64,000 bases of DNA from an uncultured Chloroflexia bacterium (lineage in GTDB: Bacteria; Chloroflexota; Anaerolineae; CG2-30-64-16), in NCBI GenBank assembly GCA_963695715.1, contig CAVOHP010000010.1, positions 42,749 to 106,748 on the forward strand, written 5' to 3'. The translations under genes were made by a program, and so were the position numbers. The first letter of the stretch is position 1, and each line of letters starts with the position of its first letter. The notes beneath the pieces were generated by a model. It made no database searches and was not told the origin of the DNA. It saw nothing but the letters and a program-made list of their open reading frames with translations. Of the stretch, positions 43,990 to 56,895 are shown one piece after another.

Positions 43990-45787
43990 TCCAACCCATA
44001 GACACCACCGAATCGGCTGCCGCATCCGGGCGCCGGTCACAGGCCAACACGACCCGGGCGGCCGTTACGGATCGCCGATTCGTCTTGTTCTGGCTGGCCG
44101 CGCTGGCCTTCTACGCGGCGACCCTGCTGTCGTTCTGGGCCGCATATGACCGGAGCGCGGCATTCGGTAGGCTTGCCGGCCTGACGGCGGGCCTCGTTGC
44201 GGTCGGGGTGATCGCCTTCCTCGCCCGGCGCAGTCGCTACGCCCTGATTGCATGGGGCGGCATGGCCTGTCTTGCGCTTGCCGCGCTGATCGGCGGCTAT
44301 TTTCTGCTGACCTACGATTGGCAGGCCGCCGGCGCCGGCAAGGTCGCTATCATCTATCGGCTGGGCCTCTGGCTTCAAGCGGGTCGGCCCTCGATACCGT
44401 TGCCGTTCACCGAGGACATCAACGGCAATGTCGCCGGCGGCGCGATGATCCTGCTCCTCCCGCTGGGCCTGGGCGGCGCAGGCTGGCTGATCCGCAACTG
44501 TCCGTGGCCGCGGGCGATCAAAGCCGTGGTCGGCGTCATTGTCGCCATCGTCGCCCTGTTCGTGCTCGCCGCCGTCATGCTGACCCTCTCCCGCGGGAGT
44601 TGGCTCGCCGTTGCCGCGGCCACGGCGGCCGCGATCTATATGGCATGGCGAGGACGTCTGAAGGAGGATCACCTCTGGCTCGACGTGATCGCTTTCGGCG
44701 CCTTCACGGCTGCCCTCATCGGGATTTTCGCGGTCGCCGTGCGCTGGCCCGGTTCGAGCGCCGGGGTCGGCGGGCTCGAGGCGTTACTCGGCGCAGCGAC
44801 CGGCGTCGGCGGCTCCGGGGCCAGCAGAGTATCGCTATGGCGAGATATGCTGCCCCTCGTCGCAGACTATCCCCTGACGGGCGGCGGTCTGGGCAGCACG
44901 ATGATGGTCTTTTCGAGCTACGTGCTGATGCTGCACGTGGGTTTCATCGGCCACGCGCACAATCTGTTTCTGCAGATCGCCGTCGAACAGGGCCTGCCGG
45001 CCATGGCGGCCTTCGGGGTGATGACCGGAACCGCGGCATGGGGCGTCCTACGCAGCGCCGGCAGACCGGGTCGGCGGCAACGGTTCCCTGCGCCGGCGGC
45101 CATGGCGGCCATCGTCGCCATGCTCATCCACGGGATGGTGGATGCCGGACCGTGGACCAGCAAACTTGCGCCGGTAGTCTTTCTGCCGCTCGGCTTCGCC
45201 ATTGCAACGTGGGCGGCCCGATGCCGGAAAGTGTACGCTTACCGCGGAACTCCGCGCGCATGGCATGGGCTGCCGGCGCGCTGGCGCTGGCGACGGCGTT
45301 CATCATCGCCCTGCTGCCGGCCACCCGATCGGTGGTCCAATCCAACCTGGGGGCGGTAGCGCAGACCAAAGCCGAGCTCGGCGTCTATACCTGGCCGGAG
45401 TGGCCGATTCAGGATGCCTTACGACGGTCGAAACAGATTGATCTGACGCCCGCCATCCGTCATTATGAAGCCGCGCTGAAGTTGAACCCGGCCAACGCCG
45501 CAGCAAACCGCCGGCTGGGTCAGATCGAGTTATCTCTGGGAGGATACGACGCGGCCACCGCGCACATCCAGGCCGCCTTCGACGCGGCGCCCGGTCGGCG
45601 CCCGGAACGCCAGCTTCTCGGTGAGATCCGCGCGATCAACGGTTCGCCCGAAGACGCGGCGGCGTTGTGGCGCACGATATCTTTGACCCGGCAGCAATTG
45701 GACGTTCGGCATTGGTGGTACAATGAGATCGGTGAACCGGAAAAAGCCGCGCTCATCGCCGAGGGTGCAAGGCTGGCGGGCCGGTAA
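43986..45787 (+). pseudogene. O-antigen ligase/Wzy_C family membrane protein fused to a C-terminal TPR-like domain; frameshift near 45200-45360
   Basis: TTG start overlapping the rSAM stop. About 10 TM helices with ..LSRGSWLAVAAA.. and ..GHAHNLFLQIAVEQG.. The C-terminal soluble part (..AIRHYEAALKLNPANAAANRRLGQIELSLGGYDAATAHIQAA..) is in ORF 44252-45787. Confidence 0.5.
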
Positions 45788-45799
45788 GCGCTTTCGCCC

Positions 45800-46375
45800 A
45801 TGAATGATCAGCCGATTATCGTCGTCTCGGGCTTGCCGCGGTCGGGCACGTCGCTGATGATGAGCATGCTCGAGGCCGGAGGCGTCGAGCTTCTCACCGA
45901 CGGCGAGCGCGTCGCCGATGCCGACAACCCGACCGGGTATTTCGAGTACGAACGGGTCAAGCAACTCGAATCCGGTGATGACCGTTGGCTCGATGACGCC
46001 GGAGGCAAAGCGGTGAAAGTCGTGTCCGCGCAGATCGAACATCTGCCGGCGAAGTATCATTACGACGTCGTCTTCATGCACCGGCGAATTGCCGAGATTG
46101 TCGCATCGCAGGACAGGATGCTTGCCCGGCGGGGCTTACCCACCAACGCCGCGGATCAGGCGCATATTGCGGAGTTGATGCAGAAACATGTGCGTCGAGT
46201 CCGCGCCTGGCTGTCGGCCCAACCCAATATTCGGACGCTCGATGTAGATTACAACGGATTGTTGGACGACCCGTTGCAGCAAATCAGCGAAGTGAACGGT
46301 TTCCTTGGCAAGTCGCTCCATCATCAACGCATGGTGAATGTCATCCGACCGGATTTATACCGCAATCGCGCGTAA
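45800..46375 (+). CDS. sulfotransferase family protein
   Basis: 191 aa. The N-terminus VVSGLPRSGTSLMMSMLEAGG matches the PAPS 5'-phosphate-binding PxxSGTTxL motif of bacterial sulfotransferases. Confidence 0.6.
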   Translation: MNDQPIIVVSGLPRSGTSLMMSMLEAGGVELLTDGERVADADNPTGYFEYERVKQLESGDDRWLDDAGGKAVKVVSAQIEHLPAKYHYDVVFMHRRIAEIVASQDRMLARRGLPTNAADQAHIAELMQKHVRRVRAWLSAQPNIRTLDVDYNGLLDDPLQQISEVNGFLGKSLHHQRMVNVIRPDLYRNRA

Positions 46376-46402
46376 GCGCACAGCAAAGGAGTCAGTTATC
46401 TC

Positions 46403-47347
46403 ATGCCAGAACGGATCCTGGTGACCGGCGGCGCCGGCTTTATTGGTTCGCACATCGCAGATGCCTTCTTAGCGGCGGGCCACGAGGTCATCGTGGTTGA
46501 CAATCTGCATACAGGGCATCGCGAAAACGTCAATCCGGCGGCTCGCTTCTACGAACTGGACATCCGGGACGCCGAGGGTCTGACGCGCCTGATGCTGGCG
46601 GAAAAGCCCACCGCCATTTCTCACCAGGCTGCCCTGGCCGATGTGCGAGGAAGCCTCAGAGAACCGGCCCTTTACGCGACCGTCAACGTCGTCGGCACCA
46701 TCAACATTCTGGAAGCCGCACGCGCAGCCGGAACGGTGCGCAAGCTGCTCTTTGCTTCCACCGGCGGCGCGATCTACGGCAACCCCGATGAACTCCCGGC
46801 GACGGAAGCCTGCCCGCCCCATCCGCTGGACCCCTACGGATCGAGCAAGCTCTCCAGCGAGCACTTCATTGACAATTATCGGCACAATTACGATCTGGAG
46901 TACTGCATCCTGCGCTACGCGAATATTTACGGCCCGCGCCAGGACCCCCGCGGCGAGGCCGGCGTCGTCGCGATCTTCACCGGCGCGATGCTCGAAAACC
47001 GCCCGACCGTCATCAACGGCGACGGCACGCAACAACGTGACTTCCTGTATGTGGGCGATGTCGCCCGCGCCAATGTGCGCGCCATAGAGGGGGGCCAGGG
47101 CATCTATAACCTGGGCACCGGCGTCCCGACCGATATCAATACGATCTTCCGCGAGCTGGCCAGGTTGACCGAATACGAACAACCGGAGCGCCACGGCCCG
47201 GCGAAGCAGGGCGAAGCCTACGCCGTCTATCTCGACGCGGGCCGCGCGGGCCGCGAACTCGATTGGCAGGCCACCGTCTCGCTGTCCGATGGCCTTTCTC
47301 GCACGGTGGATTTCTTCGCCGGGCAATCCAGCAACCAGAAGCGCTAA
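46403..47347 (+). CDS. galE: UDP-glucose 4-epimerase-like NAD-dependent epimerase
   Basis: Contains VTGGAGFIGSH, YGSSK (YxxxK) and an extended SDR fold. Confidence 0.75.
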   Translation: MPERILVTGGAGFIGSHIADAFLAAGHEVIVVDNLHTGHRENVNPAARFYELDIRDAEGLTRLMLAEKPTAISHQAALADVRGSLREPALYATVNVVGTINILEAARAAGTVRKLLFASTGGAIYGNPDELPATEACPPHPLDPYGSSKLSSEHFIDNYRHNYDLEYCILRYANIYGPRQDPRGEAGVVAIFTGAMLENRPTVINGDGTQQRDFLYVGDVARANVRAIEGGQGIYNLGTGVPTDINTIFRELARLTEYEQPERHGPAKQGEAYAVYLDAGRAGRELDWQATVSLSDGLSRTVDFFAGQSSNQKR

Positions 47348-47362
47348 GGAGAGCATTTCCGA

Positions 47363-48352
47363 ATGCGCTATCTAGTCACCGGCGGCGCCGGTTTCATCGG
47401 CAGCCACCTCTGCGAGCTGTTGCTGAGCCAGGGCCACCGCGTTGTCGCCGTAGACAATCTCGCGACGGGGCAACTGGCGAACATCGCCCACCTCCAGCCC
47501 CTGCCGCACTTTCAGTTCGTGCGCGAGACGATCATGAACACGCAGGTGCTCGACCGTCTCACCAGCGAATCCGACGCCGTGATCCATCTGGCCGCGGCCG
47601 TGGGCGTTCAGCTCATCGTCCAGGACCCTGTCCATACCATCCAGACCAACATCAACGGCACCGAGGCCGTGTTGACGGCGGCGCACCGCTACGGCTGCAA
47701 AGTCGTCATCGCCTCGACCTCGGAAGTCTACGGCAAGGGCGTCCGCGTACCCTTCAAAGAGGACGACGACCGCCTCATGGGTCCGACGACGCGCAGTCGC
47801 TGGAGCTATGCCGCTTCGAAGGCCGTTGATGAGTTTCTGGGCCTGGCCTACTATCACCAGTTCGGCCTGCCGGTCGTCGTCGCCCGGCTGTTCAACACGG
47901 TCGGGCCGCGCCAATCCGGGCAATACGGCATGGTTGTGCCGCGCTTCGTTCGGCAAGCCCTGCGCGGCGAGACGCTCACCGTGTACGGGGATGGGAGCCA
48001 ATCGCGCTGCTTCTCCGACGTGGCCGACGTCATCCGCGCCTTGACGCAACTCGCCGAACACCCCGCGGCCGTGGGCGAGGTCTTCAACGTCGGCTCCAAT
48101 CAGGAGATCACGATTTTGGAGCTGGCGAGGAAGGTGATCGGGATGGCCGGCTCGACCTCTGAGGTCGCCTGCATCCCCTACGATGAAGCCTACGGGCCGG
48201 GGTTCGAGGACATGCAACGCCGGGTGCCGAGCATCGCCAAGATCGGGGCGCTCACCGGATATGCCCCCCGCAATACGCTGGATGACACGCTGCATAAAGT
48301 CATCGCCTATGAGCGAGCCAAACTCGAAGCGCCGGACGATCAGAGAGACTAG
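47363..48352 (+). CDS. NAD-dependent epimerase/dehydratase (UDP-glucuronate decarboxylase/UXS-like)
   Basis: Contains VTGGAGFIGSHL, YAASK and an extended SDR fold. Confidence 0.7.
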   Translation: MRYLVTGGAGFIGSHLCELLLSQGHRVVAVDNLATGQLANIAHLQPLPHFQFVRETIMNTQVLDRLTSESDAVIHLAAAVGVQLIVQDPVHTIQTNINGTEAVLTAAHRYGCKVVIASTSEVYGKGVRVPFKEDDDRLMGPTTRSRWSYAASKAVDEFLGLAYYHQFGLPVVVARLFNTVGPRQSGQYGMVVPRFVRQALRGETLTVYGDGSQSRCFSDVADVIRALTQLAEHPAAVGEVFNVGSNQEITILELARKVIGMAGSTSEVACIPYDEAYGPGFEDMQRRVPSIAKIGALTGYAPRNTLDDTLHKVIAYERAKLEAPDDQRD

Positions 48353-48361
48353 AAAACAGAC

Positions 48362-49255
48362 ATGCCCACTTCGCAAGATATGACGTCGCCTTCGGTGGGC
48401 AGCCCGCTGACCGATATCGGGCCGTTGCAGACAACGCTCATCAAGCCGGACAGCGGCCTGGTTCTGCCCGATCTGCGCGCGGTATGGGAGTATCGGGAGC
48501 TGTTGCTCTTCCTCGTTTGGCGCGATGTCAAAGTGCGCTACAAGCAGACCGCGCTCGGCGTGGGTTGGATTCTGCTCCAACCGCTCCTCAGCGTGGTCGT
48601 CTTCACCGTGATTTTCGGCATGTTGCTGAATGTGCCTTCCGGCGACGTGCCCTATGCGGTCTTCGCGCTGGCCGGTCTGTTGCCCTGGCAATACTTCTCG
48701 AGTTCGTTGAGCCGCGTCGGCACGGGTCTCGTCAACAGCTCACAATTGATCACCAAGGTCTACTTCCCGCGGCTGATCATTCCGGCTTCCGGGGTGCTCT
48801 CCACACTGGTGGATTTCGCGATCGGCTTCATCGTCCTGCTGGCGTTGCTCCTGTTCTACCGCATTCCGCTCACGCCGCGCATCGTCATGATCGGGCCTTT
48901 CTTGCTTCTCGCCATTGTCACGGCGCTGGCGTTTGGTCTTTGGCTCGCCGCCCTCAACGTGCGTTATCGCGATATCAACTATCTGATCCCGTTTCTGCTC
49001 CAGCTCTGGATGTATGTCACGCCCGTGATCTACGGGGCCGCCTTGATTCCCGAGCAGTACCGGTTTTTGCTGGCTCTCAACCCCATGACGGCGGTCGTGG
49101 AAGGCTTCCGCTGGTCTATCATCGGTACGCCCGGCTCCGCAGCGATCTCTTCCATACCGTTGTTCGCCGTCTCGATCTCGATCACACTGGTGACGCTCGT
49201 GACCGGCCTGATCTACTTCCGTAACACCGAGCGCACTTTCTCGGATATCATCTGA
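48362..49255 (+). CDS. wzm: ABC-2 type polysaccharide export permease
   Basis: 297 aa with 6 TM helices. LLFLVWRDVKVRYKQTALGVGW is the Wzm/TagG signature. Confidence 0.75.
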   Translation: MPTSQDMTSPSVGSPLTDIGPLQTTLIKPDSGLVLPDLRAVWEYRELLLFLVWRDVKVRYKQTALGVGWILLQPLLSVVVFTVIFGMLLNVPSGDVPYAVFALAGLLPWQYFSSSLSRVGTGLVNSSQLITKVYFPRLIIPASGVLSTLVDFAIGFIVLLALLLFYRIPLTPRIVMIGPFLLLAIVTALAFGLWLAALNVRYRDINYLIPFLLQLWMYVTPVIYGAALIPEQYRFLLALNPMTAVVEGFRWSIIGTPGSAAISSIPLFAVSISITLVTLVTGLIYFRNTERTFSDII

Positions 49256-49260
49256 TCGTC

Positions 49261-50427
<1,167 letters not shown>

Positions 50428-50542
50428 TGGTTGAGTCGGGCGATTTTTACGGCAGCGGCAAGCTGCCCGATGCATCGTGGGCGGGCTACTTCTACGCTTC
50501 GCAGGCATGGGATGTCAACCCCGCCGCCGAGGTGCGCCAATC

Positions 50543-51499
50543 GTGACGCCGGTGGTTTCCGTCGTTCTACCGACACACAACGGTCGGCGCTACATCCGTC
50601 AGTCCATTGACAGCGTCCTGGCGCAGACCCTCAGCGACTTCGAGTTGATCGTCGTAGACGATGCTTCGACCGATGATACGGCCGATATCGTGAGCGAGTA
50701 CGGCGACCCCAGGCTGCGCCTGGTCCGCCTGACCCGGAACGCCAAGCTGCCGGGCGCGCTGAACATCGGCTTCCGCGAGACCCGCGCGCCGTTTCTCACC
50801 TGGACCTCGGACGACAACTGGTACGCGCCGGATGCGCTGGCGAAGTTGCACGAACGGCTGAGCCGCGGCCCCGATCTGGGGATGGTCTATGCGCACGCCT
50901 ATCTCGTGGATGATACAGGCCAGACCGTGGGCGAGGCCCCGGTGCGCCCGATGTCGGGCTTCGATGAGAACCCCTGGAATCCCGTCGGCGCGTGCTTCAT
51001 GTATACACGCGCGGCCTACGAACGCGTGGGTGACTACAATGAATCGTATCGGCTGGTCGAGGATTTCGACTATTGGCTGCGTATTGCCGCCGCTTTTCCC
51101 ACAGCCATCCTGCCGGAATACCTGTATTATTACCGCGTGCATGCGGGTTCGTTGACCGGCCAGCATAGTTTTCATGGCGCGCGCCTGACGATGGACCTCC
51201 TGCGCGACGGGGGCTACATGTCCCCGGCAGCGCACAAACGGTGGATCGCCTGGCTCGACCACAACCAGGCCTATGACGCCTGGAAGAACAAGCACAACCG
51301 CCGCGAGACGTTTCGCTACGCGTCGAACGCCCTGGCCGGCGACCCATCGTATTGGCAGGACAAAGGGGTGGTGCGAGCATTGGTGTGGGCCGTGATCGGG
51401 GATGGGCTTTACGGGCAACTTCAGCGCCTCAAACCCGGCGAAGATGGCGCCCCGACGTCAACCGGACCGGGCGCCATCGAGGAGAACAGAAAAGCATGA
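50543..51499 (+). CDS. GT2 family glycosyltransferase
   Basis: GTG start. Contains VSVVLPTHNG..VVDDASTDDT..DDN, a GT-A DxD-type fold. Confidence 0.7.
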   Translation: MTPVVSVVLPTHNGRRYIRQSIDSVLAQTLSDFELIVVDDASTDDTADIVSEYGDPRLRLVRLTRNAKLPGALNIGFRETRAPFLTWTSDDNWYAPDALAKLHERLSRGPDLGMVYAHAYLVDDTGQTVGEAPVRPMSGFDENPWNPVGACFMYTRAAYERVGDYNESYRLVEDFDYWLRIAAAFPTAILPEYLYYYRVHAGSLTGQHSFHGARLTMDLLRDGGYMSPAAHKRWIAWLDHNQAYDAWKNKHNRRETFRYASNALAGDPSYWQDKGVVRALVWAVIGDGLYGQLQRLKPGEDGAPTSTGPGAIEENRKA

Positions 51500-52930
51500 A
51501 GCGAACTGCCTGGCTTGCCGCCATGCTGATCGGCCTCTGCCTGCTGCCGCCGGCATGGTCGGTGCAGGCGCAATCAGGGACGGGCTGGAGCGCCCCGGTC
51601 GACATGACGGAAGACACCGATGTGGACAAGGGCGGTTTCAGTTACCTGTTATGCGACCCATACCAGAACGATCATCTCGTCTGGGCATCGCGCATCGGCG
51701 ATCTGGCGTACATCTATTACCAGACCGACAAAGACGGCGAATGGAGCAAACCGAGCGACGTCATCGCCACCAATGACCCCCTCGCCACCGGGCCGGTCGC
51801 CGTCATCTCGCCGGCGGACAATCGCATTCATCTGACCTGGGCCAGCACGATCTTCGGCGGCCGTCTCTACTATAGCAACGCGCCCCTCGATGCCGCTTCC
51901 GACGCCAACGCCTGGTCGAAACCGATCTTGCTCCATCAGGCCGTAGGCGGGCTATTTGCAGCGATGGCCGTTGAACCGTCCGGCGTATTGCACGTCATTT
52001 ACGGCGTGCCCAACGACAACGGGCTGCAACCGACTCTTGAGCATATTCGCTCGACCGACAGCGGCAAGACCTGGTCGCCGCCGGCCACGGTCTTCTCCGG
52101 CAATGTGCCGACGGCTTCAACAATCTACAGCCATGATGACGATTGACGACGCCGGCGTCATGCACCTGACCTACAATATCCGTTCATTCGAATACGGCGC
52201 TTACTCCGAGGCCGGATATCTCACGTCGAAAGACGCCGGGCAGACCTGGACCCAGGATACGCGCATCGGCGGCAAATCAACCACCTCGCCCGGCCTCGAT
52301 TACCTCGGCGTCTATACCTTCGGCGACGAGATTCACCTGACCTGGCACGAGCCGGCCCGGATGCATCAATACTCCACCGATGGCGGCGTCACCTGGAGCA
52401 AGCCGATGGAGATCGTCTCCCTGGGCGCGGCATTTGGCGGTTACAACAAGATCGTGAAGGACAGCGGCGGCAATTTGCGCGCCATCACCGGCGTCGCCGA
52501 TGGCCTCTACGCCGTCCCCTTCCGGAATGGCGGATGGCTCCCCCCCGAGCAGATTGACAATCGCTATCTCGATCCGCATTACTGGAATATGGTCGTGTGC
52601 GGAGGCAACAAGCTCTCCGCTGTTTTCACGGATAGACTCGGCGAAGAACACGTCTGGTATTTCACCCGACAGCTTCCCGTCGCGGCCATTGCCCGGCAAC
52701 CGATTCCAACACCCGCAGCCACATTCACGCCTTCAGCCGTCGCCGAAGCCACGCCCATCGCAACACAACAGGTCGCCGCGATATCGGCGGATGTCTCCGA
52801 TGCATCGGTCACAGAGGCCTCCGCCGCGATTCCGCCGCCATCGAATACATCAACGATGCTGGTTCTCGCCATCGCGATCCTTCCGGTTCTGGCCCTGATC
52901 GCGGGTGTATTCGCGTTCAAGCTCCGTTGA
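51497..52930 (+). pseudogene. secreted sialidase/BNR-like repeat protein with C-terminal TM anchor; frameshift near 52100-52146
   Basis: Signal peptide MKRTAWLAAMLIGLCLLPPAWSVQA. Repeats ..HLVWAS.., ..IHLTWAS.., ..LHVIYGV.. and, in ORF 51956, ..MHLTYNI.., ..IHLTWHE.. The C-terminus has a Pro/Thr/Ala-rich linker then LVLAIAILPVLALIAGVFAF. Paralogous to 23547-24614. Confidence 0.45.
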
Positions 52931-52943
52931 GATTGGATAGCCC

Positions 52944-53492
52944 ATGCAATTCTCCCAAACAGCCATCCCATCCGTCATCCTGGTCGAGCCAAAAGTCTTC
53001 GGCGATGCGCGCGGCTTCTTCATGGAAGCCTACGAGTTGCAGAAATTCGCCCGGGGCGGCATCACCGAGGCTTTCGTCCAGGACAATCAATCCGGCTCAC
53101 ACCAGGGCACGCTGCGCGGCCTGCACTATCAGATCCGCCAGCCGCAGGGTAAACTGGTACGCGCTGTCGTTGGCGAGATCTTCGACGTGGCCGTGGATCT
53201 CCGTCGCTCCTCTCCCACGTTCGGGCATTACGTCGGTGAAATTCTGACCGCCGAAAACAAACGCCAACTTTGGATCCCGCCCGGTTTCGCCCACGGATTC
53301 TACGTGCTCAGCGAGTGGGCCGAAGTTCTGTACAAGGCCACCGACTATTACGCCCCGGAATGGGATCGCACCCTGCGCTGGGATGATCCCCATCTCGGCA
53401 TTCTCTGGCCGCTCATCAATGGGCAGCCCCCGACTCTTTCGGACAAAGACGCGCGCGGCAGGGGCCTTTCCGACGCTGACCTTTTTGTTTGA
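52944..53492 (+). CDS. rmlC: dTDP-4-dehydrorhamnose 3,5-epimerase
   Basis: 182 aa with ..VFGDARGFFME..RGLHYQ..GKLVR.. cupin signature. Confidence 0.85.
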   Translation: MQFSQTAIPSVILVEPKVFGDARGFFMEAYELQKFARGGITEAFVQDNQSGSHQGTLRGLHYQIRQPQGKLVRAVVGEIFDVAVDLRRSSPTFGHYVGEILTAENKRQLWIPPGFAHGFYVLSEWAEVLYKATDYYAPEWDRTLRWDDPHLGILWPLINGQPPTLSDKDARGRGLSDADLFV

Positions 53493-53529
53493 TGCCTGTT
53501 CATCGTTTGCTTTTTAGGAGTTAGCGCAT

Positions 53530-54390
53530 ATGCGTGTTCTCGTTACCGGCGCGCGGGGCATGATGGGGATGGATGTATGTCGGGTCTTCGCCGAACAACA
53601 CGAAGTCATCGCGACGAACATCGAAGAACTCGATGTGCGTGACGCCGAGGCCGTGCTCACGTTTGCGGAACAGGTCGAGCCCGACCTCGTGCTGCACCTG
53701 GCCGCAGCAACCGATGTAGATGAATGCGAACGCAACCCCGATGCCGCCTATCTCGCCAACACGATCGGCACGCGCAATGTGGCCCTGGCCTGCCAGCGCA
53801 CCGACGCCGTGATGGTCTACATCTCCACCATCGCCGTGTTTGACGGGCACAAGACCGAACCCTACACAGAATACGATGAACCAAACCCCCTCAGCATCTA
53901 CGGGCGCTCCAAATACGAGGGCGAGCGCATCGTCCGCAGCCTGTTGAACCATTATTACGTCGTGCGCGCCGGCTGGATGTTCGGGGGCCGTGAACAAGAC
54001 AAGAAATTCGTCGCCAAAATTCTGACGCTGGCGGCTGAGAAGCCCTCGCTCACGGTCGTGGACGACAAATTCGGCTCACCGACATACTCGGTAGACATCG
54101 CCCACGGGCTACTCAACTTGACCGACACGGGCTACTACGGAACCTACCATCTGGTCGGGACCGGGGCATATTGCAGCCGGCTGGCCTTCGCCGAAACCAT
54201 CCTCGAATATGCCGGCGTCACTTCGTGCAAGATCAACCCCATTTCTTCCGCCAGCTTCCCTCTGGCTGCGCCCCGCCCGCGCATGGAGGCGGCGCGCAAT
54301 TACCATCTGGAGTTGATGGGGATGCAGCTCATGCGCCCCTGGCGCGAATCACTGCGCGCCTATGTGACAGAGTTGGGCGTGCGAGGTTAA
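53530..54390 (+). CDS. rmlD: dTDP-4-dehydrorhamnose reductase
   Basis: 286 aa with MRVLVTGARGMMG..YGRSK. Confidence 0.85.
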   Translation: MRVLVTGARGMMGMDVCRVFAEQHEVIATNIEELDVRDAEAVLTFAEQVEPDLVLHLAAATDVDECERNPDAAYLANTIGTRNVALACQRTDAVMVYISTIAVFDGHKTEPYTEYDEPNPLSIYGRSKYEGERIVRSLLNHYYVVRAGWMFGGREQDKKFVAKILTLAAEKPSLTVVDDKFGSPTYSVDIAHGLLNLTDTGYYGTYHLVGTGAYCSRLAFAETILEYAGVTSCKINPISSASFPLAAPRPRMEAARNYHLELMGMQLMRPWRESLRAYVTELGVRG

Positions 54391-54393
54391 CCC

Positions 54394-55594
54394 GTGTCAA
54401 TCCCTAGCGTCAGCGTGGTCATCCCCGCCTACAATCACGGGGCATATCTCACCCGCACCATCCAGAGCGCCCTGGCGCAAACCTGGCAAGACCGCGAGAT
54501 CATCGTGGTGGATGATGGCTCACAGGATGATACCCCGGAGGTGGCCGCGTCGTTCGGCTCCGCTATCCGCTTCATCCGGCAGGCAAACAAAGGGATGGCC
54601 GGCTCGCGCAACACCGGGATCGGCCAGGCGCGCGGAGAGTTCGTCGCTTTCCTCGATGACGATGACCTCTGGGAACCTGAATATCTGGCGCACGTCATCC
54701 CGGCCCTGAAGCAAGACCCCGCCGCCGGCGCGGCGCGCGCCGGTTTCCAGATCATGGACGGCGCGGGAACGCGCCTGCCCCAGACAACTCATCTCGAAGT
54801 CGCGCCCGACCAAATGTACGATCGGTTGATTGACGGTGGATTCTTCCCTCCGTGCACGGTCACCGTTCGCAAAGCCGCCTTCGAGAAGCTGGACGTCTTC
54901 GACACGAACCTGCAAGGGCTGGCCGATTGGGACATGTGGCTGCGCATCTCACGAGAGTATCGCTTCCTCAGTGTGCCGGAAACGCTGGTGCTGTATCGGG
55001 TGCATGGCGGAGGGCTGTCCTCGAATGTCGAGCACATGTTCACCGACCACCTCAAAGCCGTGCGAAAACACTTCGGGCCGGAAGAGGGCGACCCGGTGAC
55101 GTGGCCCACAGACCGTCGGCGCGCGTATGCCGCAGCTTACTTCAGCGCGGCCCTCGCTTACTATCAGAAGGGTGACGCTGACCCTGGGCGATCAGCAACT
55201 CACCAGGGCCCTTCAGATCTACCCACCTCTGGCGCAACGCGTCGATGTGTTCTACGAATTGGCGCTCGCCGATCAGCCCCGCGGCTTTCGCGGGTTCGCG
55301 GCGTCGGACGAGCTGGCCGAACGCGCCGCGTTGCTCTACGCCAGGATCGAGACCGTGCATGCCTCTGCCGGCCCCGAAATGGCCGGCTTTCATACCGTGG
55401 CCGTTGCCAACGCAGATCTCGCCCTGGGCATGTTGGCCGACCAGGCCGGCGATTGGCCGCAAGCCCGGCATTACCTGCTGCGCGCCGCGCGTGCAAACCC
55501 GAGGCTTCTGACGAACGCATCCTTTACACGCCGCCTGGCAAAAGTGACCGCAGGCAAACAGGTCGCCGGCCTGGCGCGCCGGCGTTCAGGCTGA
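54394..55594 (+). pseudogene. GT2 glycosyltransferase with C-terminal helical (TPR-like) domain; frameshift near 55130-55200
   Basis: N-terminus VSVVIPAYNHGAYL..VVDDGSQDDT..DDDD. The C-terminal about 140 aa (..ALQIYPPLAQRVDVFYELALAD..) are in ORF 55127-55594. Confidence 0.55.
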
Positions 55595-55609
55595 CACACC
55601 TCAGGCATC

Positions 55610-56873
55610 ATGAAATTTCTCTTTCTCTCGAACCTTTACCCACCCGCTGAGATGGGCGGACTGGAACAGATCTGCGAAGAAGTCGTGCACGCCGTTCCGC
55701 GCCGCCGGGCACGAAGTCATCGTGCTGACCGCCCGTCACAGCGCCGAACGCGCCCCCGCCGACGAGCAAGGCATCGTCCGCACGCTGCACTTGCAAGCCG
55801 ATGTCAGCCACTATCGGCCCGCGGACTTCTTCTTGCTGCGTAGGTCTCAGGAAGAGGAGAACCGCGCGGAGCTCTCGCGCCTGATCCGTGATTTCCGCCC
55901 CGACATCATCCTGGTGTGGGGCATGTGGAACCTGAGTCGTGCCCTGCCGGCGCTCGCCGAAGCACTAATGCCCGAACGGGTAGCCTACTATATGGCGTCC
56001 TATTGGGCCAACGACCCCGATATCCACGTCGAATACTGGACCAAACCCGCCTCCCGCCCATTGACTCAGCTTGCGTTCAAGCCGTTCCAGCTTGCAGCCC
56101 GGTCACAGCTCCATCACGAAGCCTACCCACCGAAGCTGGCGTTTCGGAACGTGGCCTGCGTCAGTCAATACGTGCGCGAGGCGCTGGTCTCCGGCGGCAA
56201 GATATCCCCCTCTTCCGAAGTGATCTTGCTCGGCATCCACCCCGAGGACTTTGTGTGCGCCGGCGAGGCGCGGCAGCCGGCGGCGGATGGCCGGCTGCGC
56301 CTCCTCTACTTCGGGAGCCTGCTCGAGAAGAAGGGCGTCCACACGGCGGTCGAAGCGCTCGGGCTGCTGAAACAACGCGGACAGCATACCAACCTCCAGC
56401 TCACCATCCTGGGCGGCGGCCACCCCGATTATGAAGCGCACCTGCGCCGCCGGATTGCCGAGCTCGGCCTGCAAGATCACGTATCCATGCACGGGCGTGT
56501 CGCCAGGGATGAAGTTCCCTCCTGGTTGGGCCAGTCGGACGTCTTTTTGTTTACCTCAATTTGGCCCGAGCCGATGGCGCGCAGCGTCATGGAAGCGATG
56601 GCCGCCGGTATGCTCGTCATCGGTACGGAAGTCGGCGGCCAGTCCGAGATGCTCGTCCACGGTCAGAACAGCCTGACGTTTCCGGCCGATGACGCCGCGA
56701 CGCTCGCCGACCGGATCGCGCAGGCCGCCTCCGATCCGGAAGCCGCCCATCGTCTGGCCGCAGCCGGTAAGCAGCTCATCCTGTCTGATTTCGTCATGAC
56801 GCGCTATTTCGACGAACTCGAAGACTGGCTTCGAACCATCAATGACGGGCGCGAGGCGGCCAACCGATCATGA
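55610..56873 (+). pseudogene. GT4 family glycosyltransferase; frameshift near 55700-55845
   Basis: The N-terminal 30 aa MKFLFLSNLYPPAEMGGLEQ.. are in ORF 55610. The remainder ..LLYFGSLLEKKGV..EPMARSVMEAMAAGMLVI.. is in ORF 55722-56873. Confidence 0.6.
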
Positions 56874-56895
56874 TACCGTTTCATCCTGTGACCGC

